The notes beneath the pieces were generated by a model that saw nothing but the letters and a program-made list of their open reading frames with translations, had not been told where the DNA came from and did not search any database. A stretch of 64,000 nt of DNA from Actinomycetes bacterium (lineage in GTDB: Bacteria > Actinomycetota > Humimicrobiia > Humimicrobiales > Humimicrobiaceae): assembly GCA_022396035.1 (NCBI GenBank), contig JAIOXO010000003.1, positions 22,927-86,926 on the forward strand, in the 5' to 3' direction. Positions within the stretch are counted from its first letter, which is position 1, and each line of letters opens with the position of its first letter. Below are positions 36,862-46,333 of this stretch, piece after piece. The translations under genes and the position numbers were made by a program.

Positions 36862-37239
36862 TCAATTCTTCAGATCCGGTGCAAGCTTTTTCACCCGGTC
36901 CAAAAAACGGTCAAGCTTCTCTCTTCTAAAACTTATCTCTTTAGCCCAGTCATTTAAAAGATTTCTGCCCTCAGGGGTAATATGATATACCTTTTTTGCC
37001 GGACCCTGGCTGCGGGTTTCCCAGCTAAATTTTACAAACCTTTCTTTTTCCAGCGATTTAAGGGTACGGTATATGGCACCAACATCGCTATCGGCTTCGG
37101 TCAATCCCAGCTTCTGGTACCTGTCTGCCAGCTCATAACCATGAGAAGCCTCTTCGGCCAGCAGCAGAAGTATGGCCGGGGTAAGCAGCCGGCCCATTTT
37201 GCCACCGTGGCATAAACACTTGCTGTCATATTTGCACAT
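36862..37239 (-). CDS. PadR family transcriptional regulator
   Basis: 125 aa. Winged HTH LLTPAILLLLAEEASHGYEL. The true start may be the internal Met (MGRLL). Confidence 0.75.
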   Translation of the reverse strand: MCKYDSKCLCHGGKMGRLLTPAILLLLAEEASHGYELADRYQKLGLTEADSDVGAIYRTLKSLEKERFVKFSWETRSQGPAKKVYHITPEGRNLLNDWAKEISFRREKLDRFLDRVKKLAPDLKN

Positions 37240-37267
37240 ATCTATTTCTCTTGTCCTGCTTAAAAGT

Positions 37268-37753
37268 TTACTCCAGTTCCTGCAGCATTTCCTCTGTCTG
37301 GACTAATTCCTGTTTTAGTTTCAGCCGGTATTGCCTCAGCCTTTTTATTTTTTCACTGGTGTCAGAAGTATTCATTCTGGCCTGGTTTTCCTTACAACTG
37401 CACTGGCCGCCCCCATGCATACTTCCAGACCTGCTATTATCTACACCAGCCGGCTTTACCTGTATCCCCAGCAGCCTTGCCCCTGCTCCGCTTTTCATGG
37501 AAAACAGGCCCGGACCACCCACCAGGCATTTTCCCTGGTCCACCTCTTGCTGCTGGCCATCTATGGTTACAGCAGCACAGCCTTTAATACCCACAAACAC
37601 CACCAGGTCTTCCATCCGGCACTGGGGTATTTTCTCACCAGCAGCCAGATTTATTATCCTGACTTTAAATTCCGGCCGGTGGTATAAAACATTCTTATCC
37701 CTCTGCTGGTAGGGATAAGATTCTAATTCTATTAAATCAAATATCTGTGACAT
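37268..37753 (-). CDS. Cupin domain protein
   Basis: 161 aa. Beta-barrel cupin pattern with G(X)5HXH-like and GD...C region. Low-specificity call. Confidence 0.55.
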   Translation of the reverse strand: MSQIFDLIELESYPYQQRDKNVLYHRPEFKVRIINLAAGEKIPQCRMEDLVVFVGIKGCAAVTIDGQQQEVDQGKCLVGGPGLFSMKSGAGARLLGIQVKPAGVDNSRSGSMHGGGQCSCKENQARMNTSDTSEKIKRLRQYRLKLKQELVQTEEMLQELE

Positions 37754-37755
37754 AT

Positions 37756-38316
37756 TTATTTTTTCCCCTCTACCTTTATATCTTTTTTATCGGTAAGCTC
37801 AATCAGTTTTTCAATTATTATACCCATTATTATTACAAAAACTATGGTTAAACCAAGCCTCAACAGGGTAAATTTTAATCCTAAAAACTGTATCTCTATA
37901 AGTTCCTGGGGTAACTTTATGCAGGCCCAGGCGGATATAAAGATGATTATATTGGATCTTTTGGCACCCTTGTTAAGCAGTGCGGCTGCCATGGGAAAAG
38001 CGATATACAAAGGGCCGGTAGGCAACATGCCCAGGGCCAGGGATAAAACAATACCTTTGGTACCGGAGGCATATCCCATATATTTTACTACCATCCGATC
38101 CGGAATCCAGACCGAAAACAGCCCTATTATAATCATAACTGCAGGCAGTACCAGTATCAGCTCTAACAGGTAATTTTTAGACACGGTAAGTACCGGGACA
38201 GCCTTCTGGGGGAATATAAACAGTACAATAGCTGCTGCTATCAGAACTACAGCCATAGCCATGATATCCTTGCGCCTATTATTTTTACTTTTTTTGGCCT
38301 GGTTTATATCTTTCAT
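37756..38316 (-). CDS. Permease, C-terminal half of a split COG0701-type (ArsP-like) membrane permease
   Basis: 186 aa, about 5 TM helices. Overlaps the upstream half by 4 nt. Confidence 0.6.
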   Translation of the reverse strand: MKDINQAKKSKNNRRKDIMAMAVVLIAAAIVLFIFPQKAVPVLTVSKNYLLELILVLPAVMIIIGLFSVWIPDRMVVKYMGYASGTKGIVLSLALGMLPTGPLYIAFPMAAALLNKGAKRSNIIIFISAWACIKLPQELIEIQFLGLKFTLLRLGLTIVFVIIMGIIIEKLIELTDKKDIKVEGKK

Positions 38317-38813
38317 AATATTACCCCCATAATCACGGCAATGGCTACCGCAAACAGAAAGCTAAGTACATTCCTTAAAATAGTCATCTTTTTTCCCATT
38401 TCCCTGAGCTCCAGGGGCAGTGTTGTTATTCCCACCATGGTAAGAGTAGTAATAAAAGCAGCAACCGACATAACTGAAGCCCCTCCGTCCAAAAGCGAAG
38501 CTGCCAGTGGAAATGATATAAGGGCGGGGATAAACAGGATGGAACCCAGAACTGCAGTAATCATTATTCCCCAGAAACCGGCCCGCTCACCTATAATATT
38601 GGATATCAGGTCAGCGGGAAAGAATCCTAAAAGAAAACCTATAAATACTATAATTATAATTATTAGCGGAAGTATCTTGGCGAAGGTTTTTACAGCAATT
38701 TTCAGTGATTTCTTGGTCTTTTCTTTGCTTTTTAGCACCGAAAATATAAGCCAGCCTATAGCTATGGCATTAATTATTATGGCTGTAAGATAATTACTGG
38801 CTATATTTCTCAA
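38313..38813 (-). CDS. Permease, N-terminal half of a split COG0701-type membrane permease
   Basis: 166 aa, about 4-5 TM helices. Translationally coupled to the second half. Confidence 0.6.
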   Translation of the reverse strand: MRNIASNYLTAIIINAIAIGWLIFSVLKSKEKTKKSLKIAVKTFAKILPLIIIIIVFIGFLLGFFPADLISNIIGERAGFWGIMITAVLGSILFIPALISFPLAASLLDGGASVMSVAAFITTLTMVGITTLPLELREMGKKMTILRNVLSFLFAVAIAVIMGVIL

Positions 38814-38919
38814 TGTTTTCTCATCAATAGCTGATATATAAGGATAACTATATGTTAATTACATATAAATGTCAATTACATTGTTACTGGGATATTGCTG
38901 AGTTTATTTAGAAGCCAGC

Positions 38920-39588
38920 CTATAATAAGGCCTGCCATATAAAATAGCCGGCCAGGCCAATCAATATTGCCCCTGAAACCTTCTCTATAATATGCTGATA
39001 TTTGGAGATAAAAGACAGATCCTTCAATATTCCGGTAAAAGTCCCTGCTACCAACAGGGGGATACTTCTTCCCAGGGCAAAAACAAACATAAGCAGCATA
39101 CCATATACTGCGCTTCCCTTAAGTGAAGAAAAAGCCAGTACAGACAGAGTCACCGGCATAGTGCAGGGAGAAGCACCTATACCGAAAGGAATGCCTAAAA
39201 GCAATGCTCCCAGCATACCGCTTCCTTTTTTAGGGTTAATCTTTGAAAAGCTCCAGTTAAAATTAATATTTATAACTTTAAGCAGCCATAGTCCCATAAT
39301 CAGGAGCACCCCGGCTATTATAAAGTTTAGCACCGTAGCATTACTTATAATACCCCCGATAAGGCCGGCAAACACCCCCAGCAGGGAAAGCATTAAAGCT
39401 ATGCCCAGTATAAAAAAAAGAGAGAGGATAAAGCCTCTCTTTTTACTTTCAACCCTGGCTCCTCCCACATAAGCAGTGACAAATACAACGGTAGGCAATG
39501 TACAGGGGCTGAGCCCGCTTATAAAGCCACTGGAAAAAACTACCGCCAGTACTATATACAGGCTGCTGCCGGCATCGATATTAAGCAT
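38920..39588 (-). CDS. ccdA: Cytochrome c-type biogenesis protein CcdA / DsbD-family thiol-disulfide transporter
   Basis: 222 aa. SGLSPCTLP motif. 6 TM helices. Confidence 0.8.
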   Translation of the reverse strand: MLNIDAGSSLYIVLAVVFSSGFISGLSPCTLPTVVFVTAYVGGARVESKKRGFILSLFFILGIALMLSLLGVFAGLIGGIISNATVLNFIIAGVLLIMGLWLLKVININFNWSFSKINPKKGSGMLGALLLGIPFGIGASPCTMPVTLSVLAFSSLKGSAVYGMLLMFVFALGRSIPLLVAGTFTGILKDLSFISKYQHIIEKVSGAILIGLAGYFIWQALL

Positions 39589-40219
39589 TCTTTACCTCCT
39601 CCAGCACTGTTTCTACCTCTTCTGTCTGGAAGGTACCTTCAAAAACCTCATAGGCTTGGCCCTGAGAGTCAAGCACCAGCAGGGAAGGCAGGGCAACTGC
39701 CCCTTTGTCCTTGGCAATTTCTAAAGCGGTTTGCATATCTTCCGAAGATAAGATCCCGGTATTTATGAACAGGGTATTAAAGCTATCCTGGTATTTTTCC
39801 ATGATGTCGTAAGCCTGATGGTTATAGTTTTCAAAAAATATCCTGGTGCTTTCACAACATTCAGCATCATAGGAAAATACAATAATAGAAGGTTTCTCCG
39901 AATTTAATATCTGGTCATAGTACTGTTTCAAACTAAGAGATTCCTCCTGGGTTTGGGCTTCTTTGCTGTCTTCTTCTCCGCCTTCCTCTTGCACTTCCGA
40001 CTTTTCTTCGCTTTGTTCAGTTTGTTCTTCTTCTTTTATATCAGGTTTATCTTCCTCTTTCTCTAAACCCAAATCTTCAGGCTGTTCAGCCACAGGGTTA
40101 TCATCTTCTAAAATACCGGTCTCTGTATATGGTGAAAAACCCTTTACTGCTATAAAAATTCCTGCAGCTACCAAAACAAATGCAGCCACAATTATTATTA
40201 TCATAGTTCTTTTTTTCAT
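39581..40219 (-). CDS. Membrane-anchored thioredoxin-fold protein with an acidic low-complexity linker
   Basis: 212 aa. N-terminal TM helix, then a Glu/Asp-rich stretch, then a Trx-like C-terminal domain with vicinal Cys pair AECCES instead of CxxC. Confidence 0.5.
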   Translation of the reverse strand: MKKRTMIIIIVAAFVLVAAGIFIAVKGFSPYTETGILEDDNPVAEQPEDLGLEKEEDKPDIKEEEQTEQSEEKSEVQEEGGEEDSKEAQTQEESLSLKQYYDQILNSEKPSIIVFSYDAECCESTRIFFENYNHQAYDIMEKYQDSFNTLFINTGILSSEDMQTALEIAKDKGAVALPSLLVLDSQGQAYEVFEGTFQTEEVETVLEEVKNA

Positions 40220-40312
40220 ATATCTCCCTATTTCACCTTTTCAAAATCCTTATAGCCGGTACCAACTATACTTACCCTCACACCTTATACAGTCTAGATA
40301 ATTTATAATGCA

Positions 40313-41152
40313 TCAACATGGAAATACCAGCACCGCATTTTTAACGGAACCTGAAGCTACAGCCTGAGCAGTACTCCCCAGAAGCATCTCTCTGGCTCCG
40401 CCATGTCCCTTTTTGGATAACATTATTAAATTAACTTCTTCTTTTTGGGCTACCGCTATTATCTTTTTAGCTGCATCCCCCACTTGTACATGGGTAAATA
40501 CTTCTATCCTCCCGTCTACACCCGCCTTAATTTTTTCCAACAGGCTGCGGGCATCTTCTTTCATTTTCTCCAACTTATCTTTATTGGGAGCACTCTCAAT
40601 TACATGCAGTAAATGGATCTGGCTAAAGATCCCCCTATTCTCACCCACTGCATCCAGTAGTTTTATAGAGCATTCTGAGAAATCGGTAGCTATTAACACC
40701 TGGGGAAACTTCAGACGGCAGTAGGGTTTTAGTTCCCCTTTATCCTGCTGAAACCTTTCTATGAGTAAAGGGGTATCGGTTATTCTTAACAGATCAAAAG
40801 CAGTACTCCCCAGAAATAAGCTTTTGATAAAGCCTCCGCCATGAGAACCCGCCAATATCAATGAGGCATTTTCTTCTCTGGAAATATTACTTAATTCTTC
40901 TGCAGGAAACCCGATCCTTACCACCACTTCTACTTCAATTCCCTCTTTTTTTAAATCTTGTTTCATCTTATTCAATTTTTCCTCATTAGGAGAAATCAAG
41001 TTAGAAGCATTTCCACCCGCTGACCTTATATCTACAATGTGGGCAAGTATCATCTCTTTCATGCCATAGTTTTTGAATTCATCAACACAATTCAACAGTA
41101 GTTTTGACTGTTGTGAAAAATCTATGGAAACCAATACTCTTTCGAACAGCAT
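40313..41152 (-). CDS. Universal stress protein, tandem UspA domains
   Basis: About 279 aa from the internal Met (MLFERVLVSIDFS). The longest ORF starts at 41206 and would overlap acr3. Two Usp domains, with ATP motif G..GHGG. Confidence 0.75.
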   Translation of the reverse strand: MLFERVLVSIDFSQQSKLLLNCVDEFKNYGMKEMILAHIVDIRSAGGNASNLISPNEEKLNKMKQDLKKEGIEVEVVVRIGFPAEELSNISREENASLILAGSHGGGFIKSLFLGSTAFDLLRITDTPLLIERFQQDKGELKPYCRLKFPQVLIATDFSECSIKLLDAVGENRGIFSQIHLLHVIESAPNKDKLEKMKEDARSLLEKIKAGVDGRIEVFTHVQVGDAAKKIIAVAQKEEVNLIMLSKKGHGGAREMLLGSTAQAVASGSVKNAVLVFPC

Positions 41153-41162
41153 ACAAACCTCC

Positions 41163-42212
41163 TTATTTTTTCTTAACCGGAAACCAGTGGCTGGTCCGGT
41201 TAGCAATGCTTACCAGGGCCAGCATTACCGGTACCTCTACCAGTACCCCCACCACCGTAGCCAGTGTAGCCCCTGACTGCATGCCAAACAGGGATATGGC
41301 CACTGCTACTGAAAGTTCGAAAAAATTGCTGGCCCCTATCATAGCCCCGGGAGCAGCTACTTTATGGGATAACTTCCACGCTCTGGCCCAACCATAGGCA
41401 ATGGTAAATATGAGGAAAGTTTGTATAACCAGGGGAACTGCAATCAGCAATATATGTAAAGGGTTGGACAGTATGATATCACCCTGAAAAGAAAATATTA
41501 TAATCAAAGTCAGCAGCAAACCGATTACGGTTACATGCTTGAATTTCTGCAAAAATACATTTTCAAAATACTCAATTCCCTTCCTTTTTATAATCAGAAT
41601 CCGGGAAATATAACCGGCGGCAAAAGGAATTACCACAAACAATACCACTGATAAAAACAGGGTATTGTATGGCAGAAACACCTCGGTCAAGCCCAGAAGA
41701 AAAGCCACGATAGGCACAAATGCAAAAAGTATAATAATATCATTTACCGCCACCTGTACCAGGGTATAGGCCGGATCTCCCTTACACAGGTGACTCCAGA
41801 CAAACACCATCGCTGTACAGGGTGCTGCCCCCAGCAGTACTGCTCCGGCCAGATACTCATTGGCCAGTGGAACTGAAATCAGCCTGCCAAAAACAATATG
41901 CAGGAAAAAATAAGCTATAGCATACATGGTAAAGGGTTTAATAAGCCAGTTGGTAACTGTAGTAACAGTAAGGCCTCTGGGTTTTTTAGTAGCGTTTAAG
42001 ATGCTGGCAAAATCAATCTTTAACATCATGGGATAAATCATCAGCCATATCAGAATAGCCACCGGTATGGATACATTGGCATATTCAAAACGGCCAAGGG
42101 TCTGGGGCACCACCGGCAAGAACCTCCCGATAGCTACCCCGGCAACAATACACAGGGCAACCCATAGGGTTAGAAATTTCTCAAATAAAGGTAAGCTTGA
42201 TTTTTTTTCCAT
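41163..42212 (-). CDS. acr3: Arsenite efflux transporter, ACR3 family
   Basis: 349 aa. Bile-acid:Na+ symporter superfamily, ACR3 pattern. Lies within an ars gene context. Confidence 0.85.
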   Translation of the reverse strand: MEKKSSLPLFEKFLTLWVALCIVAGVAIGRFLPVVPQTLGRFEYANVSIPVAILIWLMIYPMMLKIDFASILNATKKPRGLTVTTVTNWLIKPFTMYAIAYFFLHIVFGRLISVPLANEYLAGAVLLGAAPCTAMVFVWSHLCKGDPAYTLVQVAVNDIIILFAFVPIVAFLLGLTEVFLPYNTLFLSVVLFVVIPFAAGYISRILIIKRKGIEYFENVFLQKFKHVTVIGLLLTLIIIFSFQGDIILSNPLHILLIAVPLVIQTFLIFTIAYGWARAWKLSHKVAAPGAMIGASNFFELSVAVAISLFGMQSGATLATVVGVLVEVPVMLALVSIANRTSHWFPVKKK

Positions 42213-42232
42213 TACAGATAACCCCTCAACAT

Positions 42233-42466
42233 TTATTTCTTTAATATGCCTTCAATTTCCTGAACTGAAGGAATTTTTCCTGAAAACTTTACCTCACCAT
42301 CTATAGCCAGAGCAGGGGTAGTCATTACCCCAAAATCTACTATCTGGTTTATATCAGTTACCTTTTCTACCTCTGCCTCAATATTTAAATTGGCAAGAGC
42401 CTCCATGGCATTCTGTTCTGTTTTCTTACACTTGGGACAGCCCGTTCCAAGAATCTGTATTTTCAT
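42233..42466 (-). CDS. Small thioredoxin-family protein (redox-active disulfide protein 2 type)
   Basis: 77 aa. CPKC motif near the N-terminus. Confidence 0.7.
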   Translation of the reverse strand: MKIQILGTGCPKCKKTEQNAMEALANLNIEAEVEKVTDINQIVDFGVMTTPALAIDGEVKFSGKIPSVQEIEGILKK

Positions 42467-42486
42467 TTAAATCTCCTTCTTTATGT

Positions 42487-43530
42487 TTACCCAAATAAAT
42501 GTCCGAAAAGCATGCCTACAAAAGTAGACATGGTAATTACCAGCAGCACATAGGTGAGCGTCTTTTTGGCCCCCATAACCCGGCCAATAACTATCATATT
42601 AGGCAGAGAAAGGGATGGCCCTGCCAGTAGGAGGGTTAATGCCGGACCCTTACCCATGCCCAGATCCATCAAAGCCCTTATAATAGGAACCTCGGTCAGC
42701 GTTGAAAAATACATCAGGGCCCCAAATATGGAAGCTAAAAAGTTGGACCTTAAGCTATTGCCCCCAACCCAGGTCTCCACTATGCTTTGGGGTAAAAAGT
42801 ATTTTATTACCCCGGCAATAAACACCCCGGCTAAAAGTATGGGGATAATCTGCCAGGCAAGCTTGCCGGTCTCCTTTAGCCAGTCCTTAATCTCATTTCT
42901 TTTAAAACCTATTATCAGTATAACTATTAACACCGCCAGGGAGACGCCAGCATATATCCACATCTGGGCGGCGCCAAAAACTAGGATACCCAACAGGGAC
43001 AGGAAAAATATTATACCTATATACCTGGGTTTGGGGTGATCATCGCCTCCGGCAGCAGCTACAAAATTGCCATTATCCTGAAACCTTCTTTCATCCCTGG
43101 CCCAGATAACCGACATCAGCAAGCCTATAACCACTGAAAAGATTATAGCTCCTATCCCCCTGGCTATACCCAGATCGTATCCCAGGAGCCTGGCTGTATA
43201 CACTATAGCCAGTATATTTATAGCCGGTCCGGAATAAAGGAAGGCTATTGCCGGTCCCAGGCCCGCCCCCCTCTTCCTTATGCCTGCAAAAAGGGGAAGT
43301 ATGGTGCAGGAGCAAACCGCAAGTATGGCTCCGGAAACCGACGCCACGCTATAGGATATCCATTTTTTGGCCTTGGATCCAAAATACTTTAGAACTGCCC
43401 CTTTAGATATAAAAACCGCAATAGCTCCAGCAATAAAAAATGCTGGAACAAGACAAGTTAACACATGGGCGGATAAATATTCCAGTAAAGCCTGCCAGCC
43501 GCTGGTTACCGCTTCAATAAAAATTTCCAT
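42487..43530 (-). CDS. COG0701 permease, ArsP-like (putative organoarsenical efflux permease)
   Basis: 347 aa, 8-10 TM helices. Membrane-embedded CSC motif (ILAVCSCTILP) resembles the conserved Cys motif described for ArsP-family permeases. Sits between arsC and a trx gene. Confidence 0.65.
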   Translation of the reverse strand: MEIFIEAVTSGWQALLEYLSAHVLTCLVPAFFIAGAIAVFISKGAVLKYFGSKAKKWISYSVASVSGAILAVCSCTILPLFAGIRKRGAGLGPAIAFLYSGPAINILAIVYTARLLGYDLGIARGIGAIIFSVVIGLLMSVIWARDERRFQDNGNFVAAAGGDDHPKPRYIGIIFFLSLLGILVFGAAQMWIYAGVSLAVLIVILIIGFKRNEIKDWLKETGKLAWQIIPILLAGVFIAGVIKYFLPQSIVETWVGGNSLRSNFLASIFGALMYFSTLTEVPIIRALMDLGMGKGPALTLLLAGPSLSLPNMIVIGRVMGAKKTLTYVLLVITMSTFVGMLFGHLFG

Positions 43531-43949
43531 CAGGTTCTCTCCTCTTTGACAAATTGTCTTATCCTGTTTTCAATCTCATCTCTTACTTTTCTAAATTCCT
43601 CTGCCCTTTGCTCCGGGCTGCCGTATCCTCTGTCCGGATCCTTTAAGCTCCAGTGGATGTATTTTCCCTTTCCCGGAAAGCTGGGACATACTTCCCTGGC
43701 ATGGTCACATACAGTTATAATATAATCAAAAGCCTGTCCTAAGAATTCCTCTACTCCCTTGGATCGCTGCCCAGATATGTCAATTCCCTGTTCGGCCATA
43801 ACCTCAATTGCTACCGGATTTACCCGGGTAGGACTTATACCTGCACTCTCTACCTGCCACCGGGGCAGGTATTTTTTAAAAAATCCTTCAGCCATCTGGC
43901 TCCTGCAGGAGTTTCCAGTGCAAAGCACCAGGATTTTTTTGGTTTCCAC
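43530..43949 (-). CDS. arsC: Arsenate reductase, LMW-PTP family (thioredoxin-coupled)
   Basis: 139 aa. P-loop LCTGNSCRS. Confidence 0.85.
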   Translation of the reverse strand: METKKILVLCTGNSCRSQMAEGFFKKYLPRWQVESAGISPTRVNPVAIEVMAEQGIDISGQRSKGVEEFLGQAFDYIITVCDHAREVCPSFPGKGKYIHWSLKDPDRGYGSPEQRAEEFRKVRDEIENRIRQFVKEERT

Positions 43950-43957
43950 AATTTCTC

Positions 43958-44311
43958 CTATCCTTTACAAATTTTATGCCTGTCAACTTCAGTAATCTTC
44001 TTTATATCCTGCCTTACGGCTGCATCTTCTTTTACTGAACCATATATACGTTCAATTATCTGCCTGGCATTTTTATCCATGTCCTGCGCCAGGCGATAAT
44101 TAACCCATAACCCATCCTTGCTGGATTCAAGTATTCCTGCATTCTGCAGCACCTTTAAATGACTGGATATGGTAGGTTGGGACAGGCCGATAATTTCCTT
44201 AATTTCACAAACGCACAAATTCTTCCTGGCCACCAACAGCAGGACAATTCTTAGCCTGCCCTCATCAGCCATAGCTTTCAGTAACTTAGTTATGTTTTTT
44301 AGTTTATCCAT
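43958..44311 (-). CDS. arsR: ArsR family metalloregulator
   Basis: 117 aa. Metal-binding ELCVCEI-type motif (LCVCEIKEI) in the HTH. Confidence 0.85.
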   Translation of the reverse strand: MDKLKNITKLLKAMADEGRLRIVLLLVARKNLCVCEIKEIIGLSQPTISSHLKVLQNAGILESSKDGLWVNYRLAQDMDKNARQIIERIYGSVKEDAAVRQDIKKITEVDRHKICKG

Positions 44312-44427
44312 AATACAGCCCCATTATAGTTATATATTTAAATATGTCAATATAGTTTTAAAATAAATTCTTTTTCCCTTTTAAATGGGATTCAAAATTA
44401 CATTTATATCTACTATAATAGTCAATC

Positions 44428-45318
44428 ATGAGGATAACAAGAAAACATCCTAAAAGGGCCCATAACTATGTATACTTGGTATACATAGTTATAATAATTG
44501 CCGCGCTGCAGTTTTTTGCCCTTAAGACCTTCTACCGGGAAATAGTAACCAAACTGCCAGATACACTGTTTAAAGTAACCCAGAAGTATCCCCGGGAAGA
44601 ATTGACCTTAAATTTTGTGGACAAAAAAACTGAAGAGGCAGAAAAGAAAATAAGCCAGCAGCAAGCCGAAGAACTTATCCTCGAAGAGCCTGAGCCTGAT
44701 GGACTGGAACAAACCACGGTGGGTACTGAAACCAGCATGGATCAGATAAACATATCCGAAGACCAGAAGGAGATTGTCTTAAAATCACTGGACATGCTGG
44801 AAGAAGGAAGGGCCTATCAATATGAGCTGTATCCAGATACAGGTTATCCCCCCGACGATGTAGCTATCTCTACAGATGTTATTGCCCTGGTTATGCGCGA
44901 TTGCGGCTATGATTTAATGGAACTTATTTATGAAGATATAAGCCAGCATCCTGACGCCTACCCCATGGACATAGTGGACAGGGATGAGCCCATAAAATAC
45001 ATAGACTTCAGGCATGTGTTTTTTCAGGAGACCTTCTTCAGCCGTAATGCTCTCGAGCTTTCTACAGAATTCAATCCTGAAGAAAAATCCAATAACATAC
45101 ACTGGCAGCCCGGAGACCTGGTATTTTTCCAGTTTGATCCGGACAATCCCCACCAGGATATGGGGGGTATAATCTCTCCCAATATCAATGACCAGGGAGT
45201 TCCGCTGGTAATAATGACTTCCCGGGAACTGGGGAAGGTAAGTGAAGTGGATGTTTTACTTGAATATGATATCATCAGCCACTACAGGTATCCCTACCCG
45301 GAAGAATACCTCGATTAA
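44428..45318 (+). CDS. DUF1287 domain protein with an N-terminal membrane anchor
   Basis: 296 aa. C-terminal region EDISQHPDAYP...IDFRHV..FF...QPGDLVFF matches the DUF1287 signature. Confidence 0.55.
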   Translation: MRITRKHPKRAHNYVYLVYIVIIIAALQFFALKTFYREIVTKLPDTLFKVTQKYPREELTLNFVDKKTEEAEKKISQQQAEELILEEPEPDGLEQTTVGTETSMDQINISEDQKEIVLKSLDMLEEGRAYQYELYPDTGYPPDDVAISTDVIALVMRDCGYDLMELIYEDISQHPDAYPMDIVDRDEPIKYIDFRHVFFQETFFSRNALELSTEFNPEEKSNNIHWQPGDLVFFQFDPDNPHQDMGGIISPNINDQGVPLVIMTSRELGKVSEVDVLLEYDIISHYRYPYPEEYLD

Positions 45319-45995
45319 TTCTTCCAGAACATAAAGGGATTGAAATTGGTGTTGCGGTCATAATAATCAACCCGCTCATGCTTTTTCAGGGCGCCGACTA
45401 CCTTATAGGTAGCGGGGGTCAGTATAACCTCCATACCCACTTTAAATATATAATTGGAAATTATGATAGAGGCTATAAGGGGCCAGCTGTAAAGGCCTGC
45501 GAATGCAATCAATACAAATATCAATGTATCCACGCCCTGGCCCACTATGGTGGAACCAATAGTTCTGGTAAACAGCCACCGGCCTGAAGTTGCCACTTTC
45601 ATCCTGGCCAGTATATAGGAATTGGAAAATTCTCCCACAAAATAAGCGATAAGGGATGCAGTTACTATCCTGGGGGTCTGCCCCAGTATAGCCTGGTAGG
45701 CATCCTGCAGCTCCCACCCTGGTGCTGGCCCTGCCGCTCCTACCGCCGCCAGAGTTACCGACATAAGCAGTGCACAGAAAAACCCGATCCATATCACTCT
45801 CCTGCTTTTCTGGTACCCATATACTTCAGTAAGGATATCCCCGAATATATAGGAAATAGGGAAAAGAATAGTGCCGCCGTCAAAGGTAAACCTCCATATC
45901 TGCACTATCTTGGTGGAAGCGATATTGGATATAAGGAGCACTGCTACAAACAGCCCCACAATTAAATCAAAATACTTGTAATTATTCCTATCCAT
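45315..45995 (-). CDS. Queuosine precursor transporter (YhhQ/COG1738 family)
   Basis: 226 aa. Sequence ...TKIVQIW.F.FDGGTILFPISYIFGDILTEVYGY... is typical of YhhQ. Confidence 0.8.
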   Translation of the reverse strand: MDRNNYKYFDLIVGLFVAVLLISNIASTKIVQIWRFTFDGGTILFPISYIFGDILTEVYGYQKSRRVIWIGFFCALLMSVTLAAVGAAGPAPGWELQDAYQAILGQTPRIVTASLIAYFVGEFSNSYILARMKVATSGRWLFTRTIGSTIVGQGVDTLIFVLIAFAGLYSWPLIASIIISNYIFKVGMEVILTPATYKVVGALKKHERVDYYDRNTNFNPFMFWKN

Positions 45996-46279
45996 AGCAT
46001 TAGTATTCTACAACAATAAAGGGTTTTTTTGCCACAAAATTAATATAATGGACCGATTTAGTATAAATATGTGCCCATACCTATTTTTGGGGCTATAGCC
46101 ACACAGTCATTGCCCCCATCTACAATATAATATCTACATTTAGCTTATTTCTATAATGATTTTTACCACAGATTAAAGTGTTGATAAATTCAGCAATGCC
46201 GCCCAAACCAGCCAAGCTTAATAATACAGATTTATAGCTTCTAATATTAGTACATCTGGTATAATGTCCTAAAGTTTGT

Positions 46280-46308
46280 TTGACTATATACTTTTTATAT
46301 TTTAATAT
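46280..46308 (+). promoter_or_regulatory. Sigma-70-like promoter for the ArsR-family gene: TTGACT-17 nt-TAATAT
   Basis: -35 TTGACT (46280-46285), 17-nt spacer, -10 TAATAT (46303-46308). SD AGGAGA and ATG at 46334. Confidence 0.35.
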
Positions 46309-46333
46309 GCAAATATAGGAGAATGGGTATTAA

